Positions 17,916-28,468 of a stretch of DNA of 35,709 nt are shown here, one piece after another. This DNA is from Bacteriovoracia bacterium. Lineage in GTDB: Bacteria; Bdellovibrionota; Bacteriovoracia; Bacteriovoracales; Bacteriovoracaceae. Each line of letters begins with the position of its first letter. Within the stretch, counting starts at the first letter, position 1. The stretch lies in the NCBI GenBank assembly GCA_046570105.1, contig JBKHVI010000027.1, positions 1-35,709 on the forward strand, written 5' to 3'. The notes under the pieces are model-generated. The model searched no databases. It had not been told where the DNA came from and saw only the letters and a list, made by a program, of their open reading frames with translations. Both the position numbers and the translations under genes were made by a program.

Positions 17916-18781
17916 GTGTCAGTCTCATTATTCCACCACGACCTCGAGATCTAGGAGAAGGAATGGTGGTGCGACGTGCACTCCCATTCGCCAAAAAGCG
18001 CATGGTGGGGCCGTTTATTTTCTGGGATCACATGGGCCCAGTGGCGATTACCGAAAAATTTTCTATGACAGTGCGCTCGCATCCGCACATCGGCCTCTCG
18101 ACACTGACTTATCTTTTAAGTGGTGAAATTCTGCATCGTGATTCTCTCGGAAACGAATTGATGATTCGTCCAGGAGAAGTAAATTGGATGACGGCCGGAA
18201 ATGGCATCGTTCATAGCGAGCGTGCTCATCACAGTCATCATCCTCAAGAGAAACTCGAAGGCATTCAATTGTGGATTGCACTTCCGCAGGAATCTGAAGA
18301 AATCGCTCCGTCTTTTGAGCATTTTAAAGAAAAAGACCTCCCGCTCATCAAACTCGGTCAGCTTAACTGGCGGCTTATCGCTGGTGAATATGCTCAGACG
18401 CGTTCGCCGGTTCCGACTTTCTCACCTTTATTTTATCTTGCGACAAAAGCGCGAACTGGTGAATCTGCAGAGTTGTCAGTCCCAGTCGAGCAAGAAGGGG
18501 CGGTATATATTGCACATGGTGAAGTTGAAATCGAAAATCAGCTTCAAGGAGAGGGCCATCTGGTGGTATTTGCTCCTGGCACTCCCGTGAAATTTAAAGT
18601 GACGAAAGATGCGACGCTCTTCGTTTTTGGTGGAACTCCCTTTGCAGAGGGGCGCCAAATATGGTGGAATTTTGTAGCATCCACGCAAGACAAGATTGAT
18701 GCTGCCAAAGTACGCTGGTCTGAGCAGAGTATGGGGAAGGTGCCCCATGAAGTGGATTGGATTCCACTGCCGCCTCAATAG
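17912..18781 (+). CDS. Pirin-family bicupin
   Basis: GPFIFWDHMGP, HPHIGLSTLTY, HRDSLG, NWMTAG.GI.HSE, QLWIALP, WWNFV. Confidence 0.95.
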   Translation: MSVSLIIPPRPRDLGEGMVVRRALPFAKKRMVGPFIFWDHMGPVAITEKFSMTVRSHPHIGLSTLTYLLSGEILHRDSLGNELMIRPGEVNWMTAGNGIVHSERAHHSHHPQEKLEGIQLWIALPQESEEIAPSFEHFKEKDLPLIKLGQLNWRLIAGEYAQTRSPVPTFSPLFYLATKARTGESAELSVPVEQEGAVYIAHGEVEIENQLQGEGHLVVFAPGTPVKFKVTKDATLFVFGGTPFAEGRQIWWNFVASTQDKIDAAKVRWSEQSMGKVPHEVDWIPLPPQ

Positions 18782-18791
18782 GAGATTGGTT

Positions 18792-19787
18792 ATGAAGATT
18801 TTTATTTTGAGCTTTCTCTTCCTATCCCAAGCTCTCGCCGTGTCGGAGTCGGAATTTGAAGTCTTGTGGCCTTCGGCGATTGTTCCGCACATGGAAAGTG
18901 GCAAGCAAAGTAGCTTCACCAATGCTCAAGGCATGAATCTCAACTTTTACTCTTTCACCAAAACTGAAAATAAAAAAACGCTCATCATCCTTCCTGGTCG
19001 CAGTGAAGCCGCTATTAAGTACGCTGAATTGATTTATGACTTTAAAGATTTGGGGTTCAATATTTTTATTATCGATCATCAGGGCCAAGGCTTCTCTGAT
19101 CGCAAATTAAAAAATTCACAAAAAGGTTACGTACTTAACTTTAATGACTACGTCCGTGATCTCACTCAATGGATCGACGAAGAAGTTAAGCCCAACGCAA
19201 AAGGGCATGAGTTTTTTCTTATTGCTCACTCGATGGGTGGAACGGTCGCTTCACTTTACATGAGTCAGAATCCAAGTTTCTTTAAGCGTGCGGTCTTGAG
19301 TGCGCCGATGCTTGAAATTGAAACCAAGCCTTACTCCGAGCGAGTAGCGCGCTGGTACTCAAGCCTCTTAGTTAAAATCGGTAAGGCCACGAGCTACGCT
19401 CCCGGGCGTGGAGGTTATGACGCTGAAGAAGATACTTTCGAAGCCAATGAAGTCACTCATTCACCGGTGCGCTTTGAAGCCAGTAAAGCTCAGCTACTTG
19501 CTCAGCCAGAAATTATTGTTGCTGGAGCTACTTCACGTTGGGTCTATACTTCTCTAAAAGCGACTCAATATATTGATCAGAAGGCCTCTTTAATCCAGAC
19601 ACCGATTCTCATGTTCCAGGCCGGCATCGACACTTACGTGAAACCTGCTCGTCAGATCAAGTTTTGCGACAACCATCCTCAATGCACACGCCTCGAGTTT
19701 GGTAACGCTTTTCACGAAATTTTGCTGGAAACAGACACCGTGAGAACGGCTGCTCTCACGGCGATCAAAGAGTTTTTTAGAAGATAG
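18792..19787 (+). CDS. Secreted alpha/beta hydrolase, lysophospholipase L2 (PldB)-like
   Basis: PGRSE...KY.E, DHQGQGFS.R, AHSMGG nucleophile elbow, HEILLE; AGGAG SD before ATG 18792; signal peptide. Confidence 0.85.
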   Translation: MKIFILSFLFLSQALAVSESEFEVLWPSAIVPHMESGKQSSFTNAQGMNLNFYSFTKTENKKTLIILPGRSEAAIKYAELIYDFKDLGFNIFIIDHQGQGFSDRKLKNSQKGYVLNFNDYVRDLTQWIDEEVKPNAKGHEFFLIAHSMGGTVASLYMSQNPSFFKRAVLSAPMLEIETKPYSERVARWYSSLLVKIGKATSYAPGRGGYDAEEDTFEANEVTHSPVRFEASKAQLLAQPEIIVAGATSRWVYTSLKATQYIDQKASLIQTPILMFQAGIDTYVKPARQIKFCDNHPQCTRLEFGNAFHEILLETDTVRTAALTAIKEFFRR

Positions 19788-20096
19788 TCATCAAAAACGA
19801 TATTTTAAAGTATACTCCTCAATCGTTTGGCAGCTCTTTTGGAGTGAACAGTAACTTCTGCGCCAAATCTAATTGCCAATTCACTTGCTAGCTAAATAAG
19901 GAAGAACTTATTTGATTAAGATAAGTTTAAATAACTGAGCGCTTTCAGACAATTTTTCTAATCCAGACTATTCCAGCTTATTGAAAATATTCAATTCAAT
20001 AATTTCTTTTAGAATATCTTTGGTCAGGCCATTTAAACATTCTGGCGAGAATACTCAACAACCAATTTTACTGTTGAACGTTTGCTGGAGTGGTTT

Positions 20097-20339
20097 ATGA
20101 AACAATCTTTCATTTTTTCCTTATTCCTTTTATGTGCATGCTCAGGTGGTGGAGGCCCATCCAGTGGGAAAATCTCCAGTGGTAGTATTGTCTCTGATGC
20201 GGCCACCAAGGAATTTATTCATCAAAGTGTGCAGACAATTCCTACCGATCTGCAACTTAGTGATGGTGATAAATCCTACATTAAAGATGAGCTAAGTCTT
20301 ACCCAGGACGAGTCGGCAACTCTCGAACAAATTAAATAA
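20097..20339 (+). CDS. Small lipoprotein, first gene of the RHS locus
   Basis: GGAG SD; MKQSFIFSLFLLCAC-SGGGG lipobox with Gly/Ser linker; 13 nt before the RHS gene. Confidence 0.75.
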   Translation: MKQSFIFSLFLLCACSGGGGPSSGKISSGSIVSDAATKEFIHQSVQTIPTDLQLSDGDKSYIKDELSLTQDESATLEQIK

Positions 20340-20352
20340 CAGGATTGCTTAT

Positions 20353-23300
20353 ATGTTTAATCAATATGTCTATATTTTGATGCTGGCCTCTTTTGTCTCA
20401 AGTGCTTGGGGAAGGCCAGATTTCTTACGAGAAAAATATCTCGAAGTTGAAATCATTGAGTCGCCACAAGAGGTCATTGAACTTGATACGACTCATATCA
20501 TTAAAGGTTATCTGTGTTTAAAGCACAACATTGGTCACAGTAATAATTGCCGCATGCTCGCACCAGAGGATTTATCAAAATATGAGATTAAGTTTACTTA
20601 TCCTCACGCCACTTCGGACATAACTCAAAATGTTCAAATTATCGAAGAAGAAAATCGCTTTCGTTTTGAAGCAAGTCTGCCAGCACTTACGCCGGGCATT
20701 CAGTCTCCGCGCTTTGGTGCCTATTTATTTCAAAAAGGACATACTGGTCACGGTCTTCACGTGGCCTATCAGAAAATTCTGGCCCACATCGAAAGATTTG
20801 AGCAGCTAAAAGACAAACTTCACTGGAAAGGAAAAAATAGCTACGAGAAGCATCTAAAACATTTACGAAGTATTGCTCAAAAGCTTCAAAAGAAAATTCA
20901 TGCGCAAGATGCCAGATGGGCCGAGAGAAGCATACCGTTGCAACTTAAAAACTTTGTTGCCGCCCCATCGTCATGGATGGTTTCGACAGCTTCTTGGAGT
21001 ATTGAAGCCGAAGCGCAACTGGGTACAGGTTTTAAGGGGGAGAAGAGTTGGCTTGATTTGGCATTCAACCCTTACGATGACGTGGATGATGAATGGAAAG
21101 TCGAGGTTAAGCAAAATGATCAACTTATATTTGAGCAGACTGGGTTCAAATCCGATTTACATCAAAGAATTTTGCTGTCCGGAGATTTTGTTGGCGAATC
21201 AGAAGCTGAGATTAAAATTTGGGGAAAGAATGCCAAAAAAGGGAAATGGCATTGGGAATCCGTTTTTAAAAGAGATTTAAAGATTTTTCGCATCGAAGAT
21301 TTGGTCGCTCCAACATATAAATCTTTTCTGCCTCTACCTGGCCGATACGTCGGAAGAGACGTGCCAACCTTCTCACTTGTCCTTGAAGATTTAAAAGGGC
21401 GCATGGATCGCCTGACGGTAGACGGTGATTTAGTAGAAGATGGTGGCAATCGAGTATCACTTAAAAATACTTTTAGTTTTGAAACATCGCAAAATACTCT
21501 GGTCGCCGATATTCATGGCTCTCAAAATGGGAGTGATCTGTTTAGCATCACTGGTATGCCTCAAGGCGTTCCTGAAGGGTTTTATAATTTACAAATGCTC
21601 GTGAAGGACTTTGCTGGAAACCAGGCCCCAGAAGCGAGCTGGCGCTTTATCGTTGACCGCACGCCTCCAATCATTGCTTATCCAAATGTTCCAAGCATTA
21701 AGTCGAATGATGAATCTTATGAGCTTGAGATCAATGTGACGGACGCCACAGATGTTCTGATCCAAGTTTTTCATAATGGAGTTTTTGTTGGAGAAACGAC
21801 TCAAAAGATAGATGGCATGGCGATTGATCTGGTGGATGGTGCAAACTTTGTCCGCCTCACGGCCATTGATGAGGCCGGAAATATGTCTGAACTCAATTAT
21901 CCACCGATCTTTTTGGATAATCTTCCTCCTGAAATTGAAGATATTAATATTGAAGATGGTCTACTCATTCGGACGGCTTCTTTTAATATTCAAGGTTCGG
22001 CCATTGAAGAGCTAGGTTCAATCCTAGTTAACGGACAAGAAGTTGATTTTGAATCGACCGGAACAACCTTTTCATTTGATATCAGTCTTTATGCAGAAGG
22101 TGAGCAGACGCTGACGCTTGAGCTCTTCGATCTAGCGGGTAACTCAATCACCTATGAATATCAGATTGATTTTTTACTTCGTCTAGTTGATGGTGCACTT
22201 ATTCGTGTTGAAAAAATTAATGAAGATCAAATGAAGATCATGGGGTTTCCCGGAGCAACCGGGCCAAACTTTCCTTTGGAAATCGATGCTGGCTGGTTTA
22301 ATTCAACAGAGCTTACGGCAAATGATGATGGTTCTTTTGAGGTAATTCTTGATGCATTTGATGAAGCGATCGTAACAGCGACTTATCCTTTGAACGGGCG
22401 ACAAGAGTCTGCTCTGGCAAAGTTTAAATTTGATACAACGCTTGCCGGTGTTGTGAAAGATAAAGACGACAACCCGCTCCCAGGAGTAACGGTAACGATT
22501 CAGTCTTCCGAGCAAGAGACAGTCACTGACGAAGCAGGAAGGTTCTATATTTCTGATCCAGCACTGGGTGATCAGACACTGATAATTGACGGGACAACTA
22601 TTCCTGTCGAGGTCACGCAAGGTACAAGGGAGTTTTCACAGATTGCCTATAACGTCTCGCTCGGAAGTCGCCAGCAGAACATTTTAGAGCGCCCCATTTA
22701 TTTATCTCCTAAAATGCTTGATGGCACTGAAACCATTATTACCAACGGTGCATCAGTTAGCGTATCTAGCTCTCATGCGCCAGGCGTGAGTCTTGAGGTT
22801 CCTGCAGGAGCGGCCGTATTTCCTGGAGGAGGCAATTCTGGAAGCATTAATATTATTGAGATTCCAGGTAGTAGAACTTCGATCGAAGTCCCGGATGAAG
22901 CCATTCCTGATACTGTGTTTGCGCTTGAGCCTTCTGGTCTAGAATTTAAAGAACGTGTGCACCTGACACTTCCAAACCCCAATGAATTCCCAGAGGGAAC
23001 CGAGCTCGTTATCCTGTCACGAAATTCGGAGTCAGGGTATTGGGAGATTGATGGCTCTGCTACCGTAACAGGCCCTGACATGATCGAAACCAAACCGGGG
23101 CAGGGAATTTCCCACTTCTCAGAAGTCTTTGCAGCTCCACTTGGGATGGAAATTAAAAAGTTTGCCGACGGAGATAAACCTCGTATTGACACTCTTGATG
23201 GGGCCGTGAGCACACAGATAAGTCTGCCGTCGTTTAAAGTTTTGGGACAAGATATCACTCCGTCTCTGACTTATAACTCTAATTGGGCCTATCCCAACGT

Positions 23301-26300
23301 TTTAGTAACAAACGTCTTTGATCTTCCACGTAAGTATTTTGATGTCCGTGAAAAAGATATGGTGGCCTCACCTGGAGTGGTCAGGTCAGACATTCGTATT
23401 CGGACTTGGATCACACCAGAGTGGATTGATGCCAGGTTTGTGGCCGGCAATATTAATTCAGGTAACATGCGCTATAAGGGCCTTCCTGATCAAGCAGTCG
23501 TTAGCTCACAACATGATCTTTCAACCCTCTCATCAGGGATTATTCCGACGAATTCGAGTTATGAAATCCGATTCAAGCACCTCACGCTTGTCACAGGAAA
23601 AGTTAAAGTTCGAAACTCCTACTCAACTTCAACTCAGAAAATTAAGCCGATTCGCCAAGTCACGTGGGAGTCAGTCTTTCCGCCAGATTTGCAGGCCCCA
23701 GTCTATCTTCAAAATAAAAAAGAATCGCCTTATGGTGAGGGCTGGCAGTTAAACTTCACTAAAACCATTCTTAATCCTGGAAGCGATCGGGTTTTGGTTG
23801 AAAATGAAAATGGTGGAGTGGCCGTTTATGCGATTAAGAACGTCGTGCAAAACCTTGCGTATGACGAAAAGGGTATTGAAGCCTTTGGTTCAGATGGAGG
23901 GAATGTTTATTTTGTTAACTCAGAGAATAACCTCTTTCAATATTCTGATGGTGCGACAAATCTCATCAATCCACTTCCTCGTTACTCTGGACAAGTGGGT
24001 ATCAATGCGTCTTGGTATCATGGCTATAGTCGAAACTGTGTTAAGTCTGGCTGGAGTGGGTGCCGTAAATATGAATACACTTACCGCTATACCTGTGAAA
24101 AATATAATGCTCCATTTGATACAGGGCGAACCACGCAGAGCTTAAGTGTCAAAAACGGTTCAGTCCATTTACTGGATGGGCTAGGTGCTGTGTTTGAGTC
24201 ATCGTCTGAACTTCCAATTGCAGGACAGATGGGGCTTCCTGCTAACCTTAAAACGGCAACCAAAGCAAGTTCTGGCCCATCAATTGTCTCTCACTGTACC
24301 AATGTGACAGGTGAAGCTTGTTCGACTGTGAAAGAGAATCGCTCATTTTATGTCGTGAGAATAAAGAGTCGTCCAAAAAATCAAGTGGGCTACTGTAATA
24401 CAGCGACCTGCTATTCTGGAACTTGCTCACCACGCACATGGCTCACTGGTTCTGGGGCAGTCCCTCAAATAGGCTTTTCAGATGGCCCGCTGTCATCAGC
24501 AAAATTTAATAAGCCCTATGATTTTGTCAGCGGTAATCGTGAAGGCACTTTCTACGTAACAGATTATGGTAATAACATTGTCCGCTTTGTTGATACAGTC
24601 TTAGGGCAAGTAAGCACTGTAGCCGGAAATCGCTCTACTACAGACAGCGGTGACGGTGGCTTTGCCACAAGTGCTTCAATGTATCACCCTCGCGGCGTCG
24701 CCGTTGATTTAGATGGTAGCTTCTATGTGTCTACTGAGAAAGGTTATATCCGCAAAGTAGGCGTCGATGGTCGCATAACTACTTTTGCTGGTAAACCAAC
24801 CACGGCTGGCGGTGTCCTCGCTGATACGACTGATTTTGAGTCGATGGCGCTCAAAAATCCAAGTGGGCTAGTGCTAGATAAAGTGAATCAATTCCTTTAT
24901 GTCGCCGATACAGGCCATAACAGAATTATGCGCTTGAACCTTAATACCAAGCTTGCGCAAGTCGTCGCCGGAAATGGCACTTGTGTTGTAGGTGATACTC
25001 AAGAAGGAAAAGTCGGGCTTGAGATTTCACTTTGTGGCCCGGAGCGAATTGCTTTGGATGGTAATAACAATCTTTTGATTCTAGATAAAGTGAACAAGAG
25101 AATCCGTCGTGTTAATTTCACATCACCTGAAGATGGTCTTTTGAATTTTCAGCCTTTTGCTAAAGACAATACCATGCTTTACAAAAATCAGGCGGGAGAG
25201 TTCGTTCTTTCATATCGTGATGGCAGTCAAACACTCTTTAACAAAGATGGACAGCAGATTGAAACATCAGACCGCACGGGCAGAGTTCATCGCTTTAGCT
25301 ACAACGAAGACAAACAACTGACTAAAGTTCGCTTCCCCACTAATCAAGAGCTAGAGCTTGAGTATGCCGGTGGTCGTTTATCACAAATCATTGATCCAGC
25401 AGGCCGCATCACTCAATTCGTAAATGAAGACGGAAGAATTGGCCAAGTCATTTATCCTGACAACTCAGTTCGTGAGTTCAATTACCAAGAGGATGGGATT
25501 CTCACCGAAGAAAAAGACCAACTTGGTTATGCCACAAGCTACGAGTTAAACAATTTCAAACGCCTCAAGGTCATTCATCGTCCAGACAATACCACGATTC
25601 AGATTAGCGATGCACTTTCTCAGAGTTTGCACCAAGGGGAAGATGCAGGTGAACAAGAGCTGAAGAGCTTTAAGGGCGAGCTGAATAAGTTGCAAGATAT
25701 TATTCGCGATGCCAAAGGTTACGAGACAAGTTTCAGTCGAGACACCAATGGCTATGTTGACACGATTACGGACTCGCAAGGAAGAGTGACAAAGGTTGAG
25801 CGTGACACTGAGGGGCGTCCAACGAAGATCATTAACTTCGATGAAACTTTTAGTACAATGGCGTATAATTCATTTGGCGATCTAGTCCAACACTATAATT
25901 CTTCTTCAAATAGCTCTGAGTCTTTTGAGTATAACAGTAGTGGTAGTTTAATAAAGTACACAAATTCAATGGGCCAAGTTAGGACTGCAATCTATGATTC
26001 AGAAACGGGACTGCTTATTGAGGAGCGTGATTATTTAGGACAAATAAGTCGCAAAACTTATAATACTTTTGGTCTGGTAGCTTCTCAAACCAACCCTAAT
26101 AACGAAACCTCTCAATTTAATTATAATGAGTATGGGAACCTCGTGCAGGTGACTTCACCTAAAAATGAATCGGTACAATTTTCAAGAGATGCAAGTGGCA
26201 ATATCATTTCAAAAACGGATTCAAATAATCATTCAGTAAATTACTCATTCGATCTACTCAATAGGATTTTGTCTGTTCAGACCGCTAAAAATTTAACAAC

Positions 26301-28461
26301 AAGCTATAAATACTCTCTACGAGGTGATCTCGTTGAAATTATCGATCCTGCCAATAACAAGACCCAATTTTTTTATGACAGTATGGGGCGAACTAGCAAA
26401 AAGATATCTCCCTTAGGACAAGTCTATCAACTCTCATATGATGAAAATGGAAATGTTGCACAGGAGATTGATCCTATTGGTAGCTTAAAGAGCTTCAGCT
26501 ACGATGCGAGTAATCGATTGATAAAGAAGATACTGCCAGATGATATTTATGAATACACTTTTAATGAAAAAGGACAAATGATCTTTAGTAAAAATAATTC
26601 ATCAACCATTGCACTTAGTTTCACAGAGATTCTTGGAAGTGAAAAGGTTGCTAGCATCCTGATTGGAGGGCCTCAAGCGGTAGCCTTGGAAAGTGTACAT
26701 GTCTATGATGTTCTAGGAAGAAGAACCGAACTTCAGACTTCTGTCGGAACTTGGACGACATATTATGACGCTAATGGAAGGGTATCGACAATTAACGGGG
26801 CATTTGGTGATAATTATTTAATGGGATTTGATTCTGTAAATCGATTGAAAAATATCTCTAGGCCAGGAGGAGTTCAAAGCTTGATTAGTTTTGATGCCGC
26901 TTCGGCTGTGACTCAGATTTTGCACAAGAGAAGTGATGCCTTATTGAATGGTTTTAATTATCAACAAGATGGGTCAGGCAATAGGACGCAGATAGACTCC
27001 ATGCTTGGGACCACTGTTCTCACATATGATCAAGACGATCAGTTAACTGGCGTGAATGCCCCTTATGGCGAAGAAAGCTTCCAATATGATGAACTTGGGA
27101 ATCGAGTTATTGATAGTGATGGAGTCTTCAGTTTTGAGCAGAAAAAGTATCGAATGATTGAGGATATGGGATTCATCTACGGTTATGATGCAAACGGGAA
27201 TTTGATAACGAAACAGAGCAAAGGCTTAAACGGTGCAGTTTATAACTTTAAATACACATCTGAAAATCAACTCAAATCAATACAAATTTTTGAAGCGGCA
27301 GAACTGAAGAAAGAACTTCATTTTTATTACGATGTGCTAGGGCGAAGAATTAAAAAGCAAGTTATCGATCATAATGAAGCTCAAAAATCATTTACTCATA
27401 AATTTGCTTATGACGGTCAGGATGTCATCGCAGTCTTTAATGAAAATGACGAGTTGATGGCAAGATACACGCATTCAGGAATGCGCATGGATGATGTACT
27501 TGGCGTAGAAGTGACAAATGCTGGAGTGGACGGTGGAATGGCAAATAGCTCGGGTAAGTTCTACTTTCTGAAAGATGTCATGGGGACTATTACGGATATC
27601 ATCGATGCTGCTGGAGTAGTTGTACAGCGATACTCCTATAGTGCCTTTGGTAGATTACTCAAGACGATGGGTGCGGATGGGATGGAGCTTGCGAGTCCAA
27701 TTATCAAAACTCACTACGCGTTCACAGGAAGAGAGCTTGATGAAGAAAGTGGACTATACTACTACAGAGCACGTTATTATGATGCCCACAGTGGAAGGTT
27801 TATGCAGGAGGATCCGCACTCTGGTGATATAAGAAATCCAATTACAGTAACGAATAGATATGTTTACGGGGGAAACAACCCTGTGATGAATGTCGATCCG
27901 AATGGACGCTTCTTCTTTGCCGCAATCATTATTGGAGCAGTTTTAGGTGGTGTCATTGCTGATGCAAATGGAGGGAACTTTCTTGAAGGTGCCTTGATTG
28001 GTGCAGCTGCTGGAGGGGTTGGAGCTTTTGTTGGTGGAGCTGTTGGACTTGGAGTAGGTAACGCTGTTTCGGGTGCTATCGGTGGTACGGCTGGCTCATT
28101 TTTTGGTGGCGTTGCGGCTTTTGGAGCAGGAGCCTTTGTAGGTGGTTCGGTGGGAGGACTTGCGGGAGGTGTTGTTGGGGCCGGTATTGGTGCTGTAAAT
28201 GGACGAGGAGCCGAGGAAGGTCTTTTCTATGGACTTGGTCTAGGCTTCTCTGTCGGGGCAATTACAGGCGGATTAGCTGGGCTTGGCTCCTATGCATACG
28301 GGGACTTCTTATTTAATGATGTTGACTTCGGTATAGATGCCTTTGGGATTAAAACGAATTCAATTCAAAGATACATTTATAATGAAGCTTATGGCACAGC
28401 TTCAGGACTATCAAAAATTTTAAAAGGTCCAAATGGGACTGAATACTTGCCGGTATTTTAG
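20353..28461 (+). CDS. Giant secreted teneurin-like RHS/YD-repeat protein (Ig-like repeats, carboxypeptidase-regulatory-like, ZU5-like, NHL propeller, YD shell, RHS core, Gly-rich tip)
   Basis: Sec signal; D.AGN...D..PP Ig repeats; GVVKDKDDNPLPGVTV; LEVPAGA...LEPSG..F...SHFS; GDGG.A..A...PRGVAVD and LYVADTGHNRI (NHL); many YD..G repeats; YYYRARYYD..GRF..EDP...NNP..NVDPNG. Confidence 0.93.
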   Translation: MFNQYVYILMLASFVSSAWGRPDFLREKYLEVEIIESPQEVIELDTTHIIKGYLCLKHNIGHSNNCRMLAPEDLSKYEIKFTYPHATSDITQNVQIIEEENRFRFEASLPALTPGIQSPRFGAYLFQKGHTGHGLHVAYQKILAHIERFEQLKDKLHWKGKNSYEKHLKHLRSIAQKLQKKIHAQDARWAERSIPLQLKNFVAAPSSWMVSTASWSIEAEAQLGTGFKGEKSWLDLAFNPYDDVDDEWKVEVKQNDQLIFEQTGFKSDLHQRILLSGDFVGESEAEIKIWGKNAKKGKWHWESVFKRDLKIFRIEDLVAPTYKSFLPLPGRYVGRDVPTFSLVLEDLKGRMDRLTVDGDLVEDGGNRVSLKNTFSFETSQNTLVADIHGSQNGSDLFSITGMPQGVPEGFYNLQMLVKDFAGNQAPEASWRFIVDRTPPIIAYPNVPSIKSNDESYELEINVTDATDVLIQVFHNGVFVGETTQKIDGMAIDLVDGANFVRLTAIDEAGNMSELNYPPIFLDNLPPEIEDINIEDGLLIRTASFNIQGSAIEELGSILVNGQEVDFESTGTTFSFDISLYAEGEQTLTLELFDLAGNSITYEYQIDFLLRLVDGALIRVEKINEDQMKIMGFPGATGPNFPLEIDAGWFNSTELTANDDGSFEVILDAFDEAIVTATYPLNGRQESALAKFKFDTTLAGVVKDKDDNPLPGVTVTIQSSEQETVTDEAGRFYISDPALGDQTLIIDGTTIPVEVTQGTREFSQIAYNVSLGSRQQNILERPIYLSPKMLDGTETIITNGASVSVSSSHAPGVSLEVPAGAAVFPGGGNSGSINIIEIPGSRTSIEVPDEAIPDTVFALEPSGLEFKERVHLTLPNPNEFPEGTELVILSRNSESGYWEIDGSATVTGPDMIETKPGQGISHFSEVFAAPLGMEIKKFADGDKPRIDTLDGAVSTQISLPSFKVLGQDITPSLTYNSNWAYPNVLVTNVFDLPRKYFDVREKDMVASPGVVRSDIRIRTWITPEWIDARFVAGNINSGNMRYKGLPDQAVVSSQHDLSTLSSGIIPTNSSYEIRFKHLTLVTGKVKVRNSYSTSTQKIKPIRQVTWESVFPPDLQAPVYLQNKKESPYGEGWQLNFTKTILNPGSDRVLVENENGGVAVYAIKNVVQNLAYDEKGIEAFGSDGGNVYFVNSENNLFQYSDGATNLINPLPRYSGQVGINASWYHGYSRNCVKSGWSGCRKYEYTYRYTCEKYNAPFDTGRTTQSLSVKNGSVHLLDGLGAVFESSSELPIAGQMGLPANLKTATKASSGPSIVSHCTNVTGEACSTVKENRSFYVVRIKSRPKNQVGYCNTATCYSGTCSPRTWLTGSGAVPQIGFSDGPLSSAKFNKPYDFVSGNREGTFYVTDYGNNIVRFVDTVLGQVSTVAGNRSTTDSGDGGFATSASMYHPRGVAVDLDGSFYVSTEKGYIRKVGVDGRITTFAGKPTTAGGVLADTTDFESMALKNPSGLVLDKVNQFLYVADTGHNRIMRLNLNTKLAQVVAGNGTCVVGDTQEGKVGLEISLCGPERIALDGNNNLLILDKVNKRIRRVNFTSPEDGLLNFQPFAKDNTMLYKNQAGEFVLSYRDGSQTLFNKDGQQIETSDRTGRVHRFSYNEDKQLTKVRFPTNQELELEYAGGRLSQIIDPAGRITQFVNEDGRIGQVIYPDNSVREFNYQEDGILTEEKDQLGYATSYELNNFKRLKVIHRPDNTTIQISDALSQSLHQGEDAGEQELKSFKGELNKLQDIIRDAKGYETSFSRDTNGYVDTITDSQGRVTKVERDTEGRPTKIINFDETFSTMAYNSFGDLVQHYNSSSNSSESFEYNSSGSLIKYTNSMGQVRTAIYDSETGLLIEERDYLGQISRKTYNTFGLVASQTNPNNETSQFNYNEYGNLVQVTSPKNESVQFSRDASGNIISKTDSNNHSVNYSFDLLNRILSVQTAKNLTTSYKYSLRGDLVEIIDPANNKTQFFYDSMGRTSKKISPLGQVYQLSYDENGNVAQEIDPIGSLKSFSYDASNRLIKKILPDDIYEYTFNEKGQMIFSKNNSSTIALSFTEILGSEKVASILIGGPQAVALESVHVYDVLGRRTELQTSVGTWTTYYDANGRVSTINGAFGDNYLMGFDSVNRLKNISRPGGVQSLISFDAASAVTQILHKRSDALLNGFNYQQDGSGNRTQIDSMLGTTVLTYDQDDQLTGVNAPYGEESFQYDELGNRVIDSDGVFSFEQKKYRMIEDMGFIYGYDANGNLITKQSKGLNGAVYNFKYTSENQLKSIQIFEAAELKKELHFYYDVLGRRIKKQVIDHNEAQKSFTHKFAYDGQDVIAVFNENDELMARYTHSGMRMDDVLGVEVTNAGVDGGMANSSGKFYFLKDVMGTITDIIDAAGVVVQRYSYSAFGRLLKTMGADGMELASPIIKTHYAFTGRELDEESGLYYYRARYYDAHSGRFMQEDPHSGDIRNPITVTNRYVYGGNNPVMNVDPNGRFFFAAIIIGAVLGGVIADANGGNFLEGALIGAAAGGVGAFVGGAVGLGVGNAVSGAIGGTAGSFFGGVAAFGAGAFVGGSVGGLAGGVVGAGIGAVNGRGAEEGLFYGLGLGFSVGAITGGLAGLGSYAYGDFLFNDVDFGIDAFGIKTNSIQRYIYNEAYGTASGLSKILKGPNGTEYLPVF

Positions 28462-28468
28462 GAAGTTT

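Noticed and set aside
19827..19842. Possible sigma54 promoter TTGGCAGCTCTTTTGG upstream of the RHS operon
   Set aside because: The -12 element is GG rather than GC and it is about 250 bp from the first start; too weak.
27907..28290. GGT/GGA-rich low-complexity DNA as a tandem repeat or array
   Set aside because: Explained by Gly/Ala codons of the glycine zipper; no exact repeat unit.
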